Positions 34,354 through 45,823 of a DNA stretch of 64,000 bases are shown here, one piece after another. Made by a program: the position numbers and the translations under genes. The DNA is from Schizochytrium sp. TIO01 (taxonomy: Eukaryota > Protista > Bigyra: Labyrinthulomycetes). Under the pieces are notes generated by a model. That model made no database searches, had not been told where the DNA came from, and saw only the letters and a list, made by a program, of their open reading frames with translations. How positions within the stretch are numbered: position 1 is the first letter of the stretch; each line of letters opens with the position of its first letter. The DNA lies in NCBI GenBank assembly GCA_004764695.1, contig SMSO01000037.1, positions 162,747 through 226,746 on the forward strand, read 5' to 3'.

Positions 34354-35647
34354 GCAGCTGCCTTCCCAGGCGGCTCAAAACGGTCCTAGGTCCTCGCCAG
34401 AACCGCGGTTGACTCGCAAACACCAATTTGCGGCCAACTCTAGCTCCTAAGCGCTTCTTCTTTATACGGAATCGGCATTGATTGCAGCCCCGTGTCCTGC
34501 GCTTTTTCGATCAAAGAGAGATCATCATCAATTTCTTATTTCCGTCTCTTATCTCTAATAGTAAATCTAATTGTATTTCTGATTATGGTCGATTTGTTTT
34601 ACTTGTTTCACTAAAACTTCGATACTGTACGCTATTCGGTTACTAGCGCTAGTTTAAGCCCTTTTCGACTTTTACGCAGAACTTTAGGACTCGTCTACAA
34701 AATGAATTATTTGATATTTGACAAAGTATGCAGCGTTGTTATTCACTACCAGCTAGCCGCTGCGCATGGTTTCTCAGGTGAAACGTTCTGAGATCGAGTG
34801 CTTCGCGTGTGCAAGCACCCCACGACCATAACTCTTAAAGTTACTTGAACATGTGTTGTGTAGAATCCTACTAGAACTTGTTTCCTTTTCGCGCACTTTC
34901 GAGGTCCCTTTGTTTCATTCGCCGCTCTGTCAACTCTGTTCTGAGCTTTCTTTAAAGAGCCTTTTTTACCTGTCTTTCAATCAAAGCTTTATTTATGCAT
35001 TCTTATTTTTTTTATTTTTTTTTTAATTTTTAAGATTGCGCTTATACTAGCAGTTACCCATAGGTACCTATGTACTAAAATAAAAGCATATGGAGCCAGT
35101 AACCCTGGGGGGCGCCTTTCTTGTCATAACTCGGCATCTGCGATGGCTATCAGGCCAAAATTTGACCTGTATTCCACAAACATCTTGAAGATAGCTCACT
35201 CGCATTTTCACAAGCTTCATGCCTCTACATAGATCAAGAGCACGCTCTGCGACAGCAGAGGAGGAGAACTACTCTGCAGAATCCGGCGCTGACTTGCGCC
35301 CTAATAAGACCCGGATGTTGATAGCAGTTATGCTGGGCAGAGGTGAAGATCGACTTCTCATTTCTGGTTAACCTGGCACTGACCCGACACAGACCCTCCT
35401 CGCTCGGCACGCTGCGAGACCTCTTGCAGTCCCACCGATCCTCTATCGAGGTCTTGGATTCGGGATCATCGCCTATACGTTGCTGGCCTGAGGTGCTTGC
35501 ACATATTATTATATTTCGTTCGTCTCTTAACTGTGTATCTATCAATCTTTCGATCGTTGCTCTCTCCGAATTCCTGGGAACAACGTATCCGAGTTAGCGT
35601 GAGCGTTGAGGACACTTTTGCAGGCAACTTTGAACTCTTTGCCAACA

Positions 35648-36630
35648 ATGGCGGATGTCGAAGCACAACAGCAGGAGCGTACGGGCTGTGCGAAGTGGTG
35701 TTCATGGTGAGTGTTTGGTTGATTACATGTTGACAAAAGATATATTATATTCCCCTGTCTTTTGCGTGCAAAAAGACTGGTGCTGGCGTTTGGAATGATG
35801 GAGTGCTGCCCGTGGCATATGAGACAATAAGTATCATGGATTGAGCGGGTCTTGTGTGCACCAAAACTCTGTGTGAATTCCGATAATTTTGCATGATTTC
35901 TACGAATTTGGACGTTGCTGTTGACTAACTTTCGAATTGTATTGATTTGGACCGGGTTTAATAAATGTTTCTTTCTTGGTGGAGTATTCGTAGCTTAACG
36001 GATGCGAACTTCAAGGATGCTTCTACAATCCTTCGACTCCTGAACTTGATCAATGCAGCTTTGATTATCTTTGCTGGGATTTACACTGTGATTGACATCT
36101 CTAAACTTGTTACTCTAAAGGTCGCAACGGTTGCCATTTCTGTATACCTTGCATGCTTTGGATGTGTCCTCTGCTGCTTTGAGATGCGCATTAGCATGCT
36201 TGAGAAAGCTGTGCGGAGGCGCTTTGGATTTATGTACACTTATGTCGGAAGAACTCTGTTTCTCTTTTTCGTTGCTACTTTTCTTATCGCCCGCCAAACG
36301 ACAACTACATATGCCATTGCTGCAATCACTCTCGTGAATGGCTTGATTAACTGCTATGTTACGGTTAAGCATGGGGAATACTACGCTGACCCTACAGGCA
36401 AGTACAGCACTGCTGAGGATGCCACTGCGACCTATGTGCAAAACAACCCCGAGCTGGCTCAGGCGGCAATTGGTGCATCTGTCAATTATGCAAGGCAGAA
36501 CCCTCAATTGGCCCAAGCCAGCCTCAACGCTGGGGCTACATACGCACGTGAACACCCTTCACAGGCGCAAACTTTGGCAAGCACAGCTGCGCAGCATGGC
36601 TCAAATCCCTTCCAGGTACAAAACCAATGA
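35648..36630 (+). CDS. COPI-associated (Tvp15-like) multi-pass Golgi membrane protein
   Basis: Exon 1 is 35648-35706 (MADVEAQQQERTGCAKWCS); exon 2 is 35994-36630. Four hydrophobic segments, with Y..CFG.VLCCFE and RRRFGFMYTYVGRTLFLFFVA, typical of COPI_assoc. Confidence 0.85.
35707..35993 (+). other. Intron of the COPI-associated gene (287 nt, phase 2)
   Basis: TG|GTGAGT donor, GACTAAC branch near 35923, TCGTAG|C acceptor; the splice is in frame. Confidence 0.8.
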
Positions 36631-39600
36631 AAAAAGGCTTCCTAGGACCATTGTCTTCCCCAAATGTAGATGCCACTCCTTTTGTTCAGCTTGTCATCTC
36701 GAAGACTACTACTTCGCAATGACATGGCTTAAGTTATGGGTGAATCTATGTATCTTCTGATGTTCGAACCCTATTTCGTGATAGACAAAGGTTTTAGGTC
36801 ACTCTTCGCGGAGCACCGAGTAGCAAGAAGAATTCTCCTCCTCGAAGTCACGTATGTTCAAAGTGACCATGAATGTCGTTTCCTTTGGAGCCTTGTTTCG
36901 CTACTAGTAGTATAACATCCTTACGATTCTCAATAGAAAACCGTATCCTAAAGTAGTTGTGAGATTTCTCTTTTCTGGTTTGCGAACAAATCTGATAAAA
37001 CACGATATGGTTGGGCGATCAACATTTCTCATCCAAACGTGATTTAACCTACCTCTTACAAATCACTCGGCATCAGCTCCTTCATCTGGCCGAAGGTATT
37101 TGCCTTCTTTCGCGACAAGTACAACACTATTTTTCGATTTCTATTTTGATAAAACAAATGTAGACTGGTGTAAAGCTAGCGCTTCATAGCAGGTCTTTTC
37201 TGTCGCACATATTCTTTTGATTCCTTTTATTTAGCGCCCTTTTGCCCAGAGGTAGTACTGTCATTAAAAAATTTCAGGTCTTCACAGTGTGTTGATGCAT
37301 CGTTCGAGGCACCATAAAAGCTGTCGACGAATCTGCTTACTTTTACATTTCAGTTTGTTAAGTGACACTTGGATTGAATTGAGAATTGAACAGCTTCCAG
37401 GGATACTCAATGTATGACCTAGTCTTGAACTTGTTGTCTCTTCATATGCCGAAAATATCACAGAAAAGTTGTAAAGGTCTACTCATCATGAAATAACCAT
37501 CGTGTTTTGTTGTACACAAACGTTAGATGAAGTCTTTTCTCTTATGTTTGCTTGATCAGAAGAAGATGGCCGTGTCAACCCTCGATCCTCTGTTTGCCTC
37601 ACAGCTTGCTTCGTTTATGTACTTGGCCAGTGGCAGTAGTGTAGTCGCCATTGCATCTTTGACTTAATGCGTAACTTTTCCAAGAAACCATTCCACTCTT
37701 CAGCGGGCGTTCTCGTGGAAGTTGGATAATGTGCAATCAGTGCGGATGAGCTGAGGTTGTGTCAGTCATACTTTATATATCGCTGACTTTAGTGAGTAGA
37801 AGTAGAAAGGATGGTGTAGAGAGCTGCACGATGGTTGTCGCCTTACATTTCTTTAGTGCACTGCGAACGCTCATTTCTAGAGACCGGTATTTCAGTTGTT
37901 TGAACGTCCTAAGCTCTTCCTTATTTCGTTGATATGAGCTATGTCTGTCAGCGCAAGAAACCCGTGGAATCACCGGCAAACCTTTTACTTTTGTTTTGGG
38001 TCGGTCAAAGGTCCTTCGCTTTGAGGGAAGAGGGAAAAAAAAAGAAAGGAAAAAGATCATCAATAAGCAGGTAGCCCCACCCATCTCTTCATTTTTCTGC
38101 TGGTCAAAACCGGCCTGAATAATGCTTATGTGGTGCCAAATGGCCACCTACCCATAACCTTTTCTCAAAACAGTAGATGATTTATTGGTCCGGTCAGCAT
38201 TAAATCATCCAAGAAAAGTGATCCTGTGGAAAAGGGTGGGACACCTTACACGCTCTGATCAAGAAGCCACGGACGGTGATTCTGAACGCTTGGATTCTAG
38301 TTGTTTCGATTGCGATTGCTTTTCTACCATTAGGCCAAGGCCTTAACGCAGAAGTTTGAGATGTACAAAACGTTGAATGTTATTGACCCAAATCGAAATC
38401 ATTATCTTAAACTAAAATAACCCACCCCCTGAATGCAAGGTTACCTGACTCCCAGACGACCGTCGTACTGCAAGAAATACAAGTCTCTAGACATAGCCCA
38501 AGGCGGAAGTTGTTGGCCTTGCGGGTGTTCTGTTTGTTTAAGGCCTCACTTGCCCCAGGCAAAAGTGATTTTACTCTGCTCAACTTTGCTTGCAAAAACA
38601 TAGATAGCTTTAATTTAAAAAAAAAGAAAAAAAGACTCAAATGACCATTTGAATGCAATCATGTGACTTTGAAGAAATAAGTTGATTAGCGGGCAAAGGC
38701 AGTGAAAAAGCTAAACGTAAAAACTATCCCGAAAAAAAGAGATAGTTGGAGATTTTGAGAAGAAAAAAAAGGGAAACAAACTTTTTTCTGTTTAGGCCTA
38801 AAAAAATCATTCTGGGATATATAGAGAGCGTTTGGGGCACTTCAAAATAGAGAATATCTAACTCACAACTATTGCTTCTTTCAACTAAGAATTCAGGCAT
38901 CCAAGCAGAAGAAGTTAAAAACGCATTCCTCAAGAATACAACCTCATGAACAAGGTTGAAAATTTCTTACTAACAAACTATGCCAAAATCTCAAATCGTT
39001 GATGACAATAACCAGGAAATCAAACTAGGTGTGAGCCAGGACACCTGCACGAGTTTGGCCGAAAGAGTTTGCCAACCTGGTTAAGTCTAAAAATATTAGA
39101 AATACGATATTTTCTATAATTGTGCCGAAAGGTGTCCCGATCTACGACAAATTTCCAGATTGGGGACAACCTGATCTATTCATGTTCACCAACTTCGGTA
39201 TGCTAGTACCTGGCAGACATTTAGAGCCCAGAACAAAAGAGGAGAGTAGAACATAGATGAGACGGCTAGTTACGCAAGTAAGTCAGCCTGTTATGAAAAT
39301 GGAGAATAGTACAAAGAAGAGCAAGTTTCTTCTCACCAAGTTCCTCAAAACCAAAGATTGTTACTATTAATTTGTACAGTGCTAGCTTCCAGTACTCACC
39401 AGAATAAAAAGCACCAAATACATTGGTACGAATCTCCAGTTTGCCATCATGATGAAAACCAACGATAGTCTTCTGTAGAGAGGCACCTTTTCGCCCGTAC
39501 AGGCTGGGTTGGTCGAATTCATGAAGGTGATTTGGCCGCTTTTGGTCCCAATGTTTCTGTACTTAGTCCCTGGGTTCCTGCTAAGTCCCGCATAGTCCCG

Positions 39601-40036
39601 CAGATCTACTTTCGTAGCTTTCATGAGATGCAGTGGGGCCGCTCATGTGCGTGCTGGTTGGCGAATTGGCCTCGCACGAGGCGAGTTAAGTACTCTTTGG
39701 AACATCACATAAATGTTGCAAGCCTCCTCATGGTGCATTGCTAGTCAGTATTTCCTCAAGGCCTGAGTTGTCAACTTGGAATATCAGATTTTCATATCTT
39801 CAGTCTTTCGCCCCCAGTTCCTCTTGCTACAAAAGGAGGTGCAAACCTGCAAACCTGGAGGTGTCGGTCTATAGCCTGTTACTGTTGCAATCAGTTGTGT
39901 ACGCAAAGTCAAAAATTAAGCAAATCAAATCTATAATTTGAGACCTAAACCAAAACCAGAACACATCTTCCGAGCAGCAGTGTACCCCTTCAAACAAAAG
40001 GCTAAAACAAGTAAAACCACAATACACATAAAGAAG

Positions 40037-41154
40037 ATGGTGTCCAATGTCCTGAAAGACGGCTTAGAAGTGGATCAGCATGGCCCATCTTCACCAGCAC
40101 AGTCATCCGTCTCATCGTCAGCAGATGCTGACTTTGATGATGCCGGTTCTGATGATGATGGCAGCAATAGCAAGGGCAGGTTTAGTGAGGAAGAAAAACG
40201 TATCTTATTTAGCGTGATCCGGGAAGACAATCGTCTATTGCACGAGTTTCTTCACCAGACAAAGGCTCGCACGCATGGTCGCAAGGGCTGGATGCATGAG
40301 ATTGGGGACCGTTTCAACCAGCGATCTCCTACCAAAAGGCGTTTGGATGCTGTGCGCCACCACCTCTTGCTTCGCAAAACTTCGCAAGGAATGCAGGACG
40401 AGTTTTCGCAAGTACATCATTTACTCAACCACGCTGTATACTGTAATAAGCGTGACACCTGTACTAAATGCCTTTTGCTCGATCGCTACAGGGTCCAGCA
40501 GGGTTTGGCAAAATGCGGTCTCCAAAACTGCATTGCTTGTGATGAGTCCATTCCGCATGTCAATCAACCCTATGATGCCGAGGCACTTCGATTGCAAATT
40601 TCCACTCGACTTGCTTCTCGGAGAAGTCCTCCTCGCCTGCACGCGCTAGTAATTCCTCCTATGATTTCATTGCCACCTCCCCGTGCAATGCATTGTTCTC
40701 CGCCTCAGCAACAGCAACAATCTCCTTCAATGTGCGCGCATGTAACAGAGTCTTACTCTCCCTGTACTCCACCTTTATTGTCACCTCGGGTTGCACCCTC
40801 TACACCGCCCATGTGTACACCTACAGCAGCATCTATTTCGGTGGTCAACCCGCAGGTCCTGTCTCGCTCTCCACAGGCGAAGCCTCGCCTGAACCTTGAT
40901 TTTTCTTTTCTCTCTGTTCTCAAAGATCCTCCCTCTTTAGCAATTTTGCAGCAACTTTGCCAAGTCAAGAGCGCTTCGTCCTCACCAACACACTCATCAT
41001 CTGACCATGTGGCATCAACGATACGAGCTTCAACTTTGCCAACATCTCCTAGCATGATTTCACGCCCACTTAAGAGATCCGCTGCTACCGCTGCTTTGTC
41101 AAGTCCTACGCATGCTGCCGCCGCCGCTGCGTACCTTCAGCAACATACCCCTTT

Positions 41155-41185
<31 letters not shown>

Positions 41186-41431
41186 AAGCAGATGCCAAAC
41201 GGGCTACCGAATCGTGCCATGTTCACTGCTACTTGTCTGCAAAAGACGCTTTCATCTGCACTCGAGCACCAGAGTCAACGTCACCGGAATTCCCAGTCTC
41301 AGCTTCCAGCATCTCTGTGCAAACGCCTTCGGCTCGAGGTGACAACTATTCCACCACCACCACCAACTTCTACCACAGATGCCGCTGTCGCCATGAATCT
41401 AGCGCTTGGTCGCTCTTTGCCCATGTTTTGA
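40037..41431 (+). CDS. Putative transcription regulator: Myb/SANT-like domain, TAZ-like zinc finger, Pro/Ser/polyQ tail
   Basis: ORF 39938..41431; first ATG at 40037. KGRFSEEEKRILF..WMHEIGDRFNQRSPTKRRLDAVRHH; LLNHAVYC..CTKC..CGLQNCIAC; Q10 tract. Confidence 0.7.
41156..41185 (+). repeat. Coding (CAG)9CAA polyQ repeat
   Basis: Directly visible in the sequence. Confidence 0.95.
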
Positions 41432-42316
41432 CCATATACATAACTTTACATAACTTTCCATTAAACACAATAATTCCTGATCATTACAAAGCCCTTCGCA
41501 ACCTCCGCTCCTCTCCTCTTCCTCTGCATACTTGAATCGCCCCCGCTCATCCACAAGTGGCGTCAAAGTCCGACACGGGTCGCGGCGTGCGGTCGTTTCT
41601 GTACATGGCGTCGCTTGGAGACTCTGTCTTTTTAGGAGCGCTATGAAGTTCCTGGGGACCCCTATGGGTGTGTACTGCTGACCTGACGTTTCAACGTTTC
41701 TTTTTTCGTTTTATTTGTAAATAGAATTGGTTGTTTTGGGTTGCTTGTTATCGATGGGACTGGGTTTGCAATGCAGTGCAGCGTGGCTGGCGTTCATGGT
41801 ACAGTGCAATGCAGTGTAGTTCACAGCAGAAGTTGAAGTGGCTTTGGTGAAGAGCGTGGCTACCAGTCGTGGCTGCGTGCAAACGCGTGAGGGTGACGCG
41901 ACCCTGAGAAGGTAAGAGCACGGGCTGCAGTACTAGGGAAAGAGTGAACGGTGCTGTCGCGGGTTGACGCCTTCCGACCGTTCGTGCGAGCAAGCACGTG
42001 ACCACTTTCTGGCGTCTCTAAGCACGAAAGGTTGATAGGTATTGGCTGTGTGAAGTAGCTGCTGCTGGTCTCCGTGCAGACGTTGCAAGGCAGAACTACC
42101 CAGGGCAACGAAAACGTAATTGCTGGAGCTGATACGAAGATAGAGTCACTGTGCTTCAATTAAAAACAAGCTCAGCTAATTCCTTGAAGATCCCAGATTC
42201 ATAATCATCCACGGTCGCTAAGTGATTTGGTGCACGGCCCAAGGTCGAGTTCGTGGGCTTGTGGTGCCTTGTGGTGCCTTGCGAAGGAGCAGGAAGAGCA
42301 GGATCAGCTGTACACG

Positions 42317-45124
42317 ATGGATCGCTATGAGATTATCAGGCCAATTGGGAAAGGTTCCTTTGGCAAGGTTTATCTTGTCAAACACAAGGGGGAGCGCAAA
42401 CATTACTGCATGAAGACAATCAAGCTTGAAGGTGTACCAGCAAATGAACGCAAGGCTTGCGAGACGGAGGTGAAGCTTCTTGAGGCCATGCTGCATCCGA
42501 ACATTGTAGGATTTAAAGAATCCTTCACAGGGAGGTCAGGAAAACTACTTTGCATTGTAATGACATACTGTGACGGTGGTGACTTGACGGCAAGACTGCA
42601 GCAAGCAAATGGAAAACTCTTGAAAGAATCTCAGATTCTTCATTGGTTTGTGCAACTTGCCTTGGGTCTTCATTTTATGCATGATATGACGGAAAAATGC
42701 GTATTGCATCGCGATTTGAAGACCCAAAATATTTTCTTACTTGGTAATGGTAGGTTGGTGATTGGTGATCTTGGAATCTCCAAAGTCTTGGATCACTCCA
42801 CAGACTTTACGAAAACTACGATCGGTACGCCTTATTATATGTCTCCGGAAGTTTACAAATCAAAACCATACAACCACAAATCTGATATTTGGGCACTTGG
42901 TTGCGTTTTGTATGAGATGGCAACTCTAAGACATGCCTTCAATGCTAAATCTTTGAATGGGCTTATCGGAAAAGTTGTCAAGGGTCGATTTGAGCCTTTG
43001 CCAAACACATTTAGTCAAAATCTACACCGATTGGTGGACCGCATGCTTTCTTTGGACCCAGACACTCGACCATCATTACCCGAAATTCTTTCATTGCCAT
43101 TCATTAAACGCCATGTGTTTTTACTACTTCACGGAATTGCTCAGAGGCCAGCATCGCAGATAGGCGATGGCACTATGGTTTTGCGCAAAGCTGCTATGGG
43201 TGTAGGGGGGTGTTTTGCGGATGGGCAGGATGACGAAATGTCAGCACGGCAGACAGAGAACCTCAAACGACAATTGGAGAGACTAGGCATGGAAGACATT
43301 GTTCAGCGTGCATTTATGGGGGTGAAGCCAACTTCTCTCGAACGACCTTTCTATGCAGGAGCAGTTGCTGGAGGACGCGGTCGACCCCTGGGAACACCTT
43401 TAGATGGCCCAGGCCCAATGTCTCGGCCTAGACGAATTGATGAAAATAACGCCCATCCAAGTAACAAGCGGCATAATGAAGATATTTCGCGCCGTTCAGA
43501 TCTTCGGCAAGCTGCAAAGGATCAGCGTAGCGCACTTGTGCTAGAACGAGAGAAGAAACGAGCTGTAGAGAATGCATTGGGAAAGCTGCGTCGAGAGAGA
43601 ATGATGCGTGCTCAAGAGCGCTTGGAAAGGCTTAATCGTCAACGCCAACGCGAGGAGCGAGTGCGTCAGCGTCAGGAGGAGCTCCGACAGCAAGCAGAGG
43701 AAAAACGCCAAAAATGGATTCGCAAGCAACGTCGTACTGACGAAAGACTTCGTGTAAAGGAGGTGGATCGCTATAAGGAGGCCGCCTTGCAGCGTTTGAA
43801 GGATCATAATCCTCAACTTGTGGCTCAACGCAAGGCACGCCAGTTCGAGCGACAATACCACGAGCATGTACCTCTGCGCCGTGAGGCGTCTCCACCACCA
43901 CCTCCTCCACCCCCATTCCCTCCTCCGGGAGCTCAGCAGCTTGAAGCTGCTGGGTTGAACCAACGGGACCTTGTGCGCGCGCGTAAAGATGAACAGCGCC
44001 GTGAAGCCGAGCGTGCTCATAAAGGTGCTCTTATGCAAGCAGCACAAGAGCGTATGCAGGAGCTCAAGCGTGCACAAGAGTTTCAACATCGCCAATACCA
44101 TACAAATCTTACAAATCATCATCATCATCAGCAGCGGCAGCATGATGCTCGAGGAAATGAACAAACTCACTACGAAAACGATGGTGGCAAAGCTGATCTT
44201 GATGGTGGTGGAAATATAGGTGGCATCTCAAGCTACCCGGACGAGGATGATTACACATATGCGCAAGCAGCAAACTCAGACTCAGACTCGGACGATGAGG
44301 ACGAGGAAGAGGAGGACGAAGAAATTGAGCATGAGATGGATGCTGCGGATTCAGATGATGACGACTTGGACCATCAAGAGGAAGAGCTGAAGCAGGAGCT
44401 TGAAGCAGCTACGTTACGCTGTCACACGATTAAACAGACTCTTGATGACTTTCGATCGCATCTGCAGCAAAGGACATACGGAGGAAAAAATGAAATTGCC
44501 GAAGAAGAAGATGATGAGGAAGAAGAGAGCGATGACGATAGCTCTTGTGGCGAGGATGAAGACAACAATGATAATGATGATGGTAATGATGATGTCCTTG
44601 TTGATAATAGCAACGTGCATATTGGCGAGGATAAAGCTGAAATAGGTTGCTTAGATCAAGACAGTCCTTTGCTACGTACGCGGCCTTTGCCAGCACTGCA
44701 AGTCGAGAACATGAATGCGGACTGCCGTAAGAGGAATGAAGCTCCGCCACGATCATGTGTCGCATATTGCGAGTTCGAGGCATCTGAAAGCGAGGATGAA
44801 AGTAGCGACGAGGATAGCTTGTTCAGTCCATTAGAGGATCGTGGACAGCAAGAGTCTTATGGTGGCACCGTGTTAGGGGGTCTCAAATTTCGCGTGCAGC
44901 GTTTGGAAGAGGAATGCATTCGTGCTCTGGGTAAGCGCCGCTTTGGCATTGTGTATGAAATTTTGCGAAGCCATCTCGAAATGAAGCTGCATAATCCGGA
45001 CTCTAGTTTGGTACAGAGTGAGCGCGATGTACAGGAAAAGGTGAGTGCACTTCTTGTCAGCGATGGCAAATTAGCCTACTGGAGCAAGATCGACAACCTG
45101 ATTTTCATGCAAGAAGCTCTATAA
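42317..45124 (+). CDS. NIMA-related (NEK1-like) Ser/Thr kinase
   Basis: MDRYEIIRPIGKGSFGKV, HPNIV, HRDLKTQNIFL, GDLGISK, IGTPYYMSPE, KPYNHKSDIWALGCVLYEM. Followed by coiled coil, an acidic region and a NEK-type C-terminal helical domain (LEEECIRALG..F..VY..IDNLIFMQE). Confidence 0.93.
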   Translation: MDRYEIIRPIGKGSFGKVYLVKHKGERKHYCMKTIKLEGVPANERKACETEVKLLEAMLHPNIVGFKESFTGRSGKLLCIVMTYCDGGDLTARLQQANGKLLKESQILHWFVQLALGLHFMHDMTEKCVLHRDLKTQNIFLLGNGRLVIGDLGISKVLDHSTDFTKTTIGTPYYMSPEVYKSKPYNHKSDIWALGCVLYEMATLRHAFNAKSLNGLIGKVVKGRFEPLPNTFSQNLHRLVDRMLSLDPDTRPSLPEILSLPFIKRHVFLLLHGIAQRPASQIGDGTMVLRKAAMGVGGCFADGQDDEMSARQTENLKRQLERLGMEDIVQRAFMGVKPTSLERPFYAGAVAGGRGRPLGTPLDGPGPMSRPRRIDENNAHPSNKRHNEDISRRSDLRQAAKDQRSALVLEREKKRAVENALGKLRRERMMRAQERLERLNRQRQREERVRQRQEELRQQAEEKRQKWIRKQRRTDERLRVKEVDRYKEAALQRLKDHNPQLVAQRKARQFERQYHEHVPLRREASPPPPPPPPFPPPGAQQLEAAGLNQRDLVRARKDEQRREAERAHKGALMQAAQERMQELKRAQEFQHRQYHTNLTNHHHHQQRQHDARGNEQTHYENDGGKADLDGGGNIGGISSYPDEDDYTYAQAANSDSDSDDEDEEEEDEEIEHEMDAADSDDDDLDHQEEELKQELEAATLRCHTIKQTLDDFRSHLQQRTYGGKNEIAEEEDDEEEESDDDSSCGEDEDNNDNDDGNDDVLVDNSNVHIGEDKAEIGCLDQDSPLLRTRPLPALQVENMNADCRKRNEAPPRSCVAYCEFEASESEDESSDEDSLFSPLEDRGQQESYGGTVLGGLKFRVQRLEEECIRALGKRRFGIVYEILRSHLEMKLHNPDSSLVQSERDVQEKVSALLVSDGKLAYWSKIDNLIFMQEAL

Positions 45125-45823
45125 TTTCTTGTACTTATAGCCGATACTTGATCAGCAAACTCCTCCTATAAACTGATATGTTTTTTTGGCTTTGTAAATA
45201 AAGACCCATCTTCTTTTTTCCTGTCCTGTGCGGCTTAAATATTATTTTTTTTCTCACACGGGTTTCTTGACCTCGCTGTGCCGCTCTCTTGGGTCTACAA
45301 ACGCCATCTGCTTGGCATGCCTATGTTCAACTATCTGCTGGAATGCATGTGCCTTACAAATCCTTCATTTCCTATCATACCTGCGCTATCGAGACACAAA
45401 TCTGCAATCAATTCTACTTGCGCTTCATCCCACCCTTGCCTTCCATTAGTCCGTTTCCCTAGATGCTGCTAGGGTTTTCCATAAAGTTTGCCCTACCGTA
45501 AAAAAAGAAAAACCACCCTCCCTTATAACTTATTAGGCCTGAAAAATATGTATTATACGTATAGCAATATGTTATGTTCTGTTTATTGTTTTTTATTTAA
45601 AGAAGAGAAGAAAAGAACTCAAGGATAATAGATTTAACGTGCTGTACGAAGAAGTAGAGGAGTAGAGAAGGCCAATAGGTTATAGAGCTATTCTTCACTT
45701 GTATAGATAGGTTTCAAATGCTCTTCAAGTGAGTTATACAACTCGCAAGTTACTTATAGCGGCGTCGAGAGCGCAAATGCCGATCAAACTATAGTTCGGC
45801 GAGCGAGCAAACTCACATTGACG

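Noticed and set aside
36724-36775. A-box-like TGGCTTAAGTTATGG and B-box-like GTTCGAACCC (possible tRNA or SINE)
   Set aside because: The T-stem and acceptor stem do not pair, so no cloverleaf can be built.
38200-39200. Short inverted matches (GGGACACCTT/AAGGTGTCCC) suggesting a MITE
   Set aside because: Only ~10 bp, with no target-site duplication or transposase remnant.
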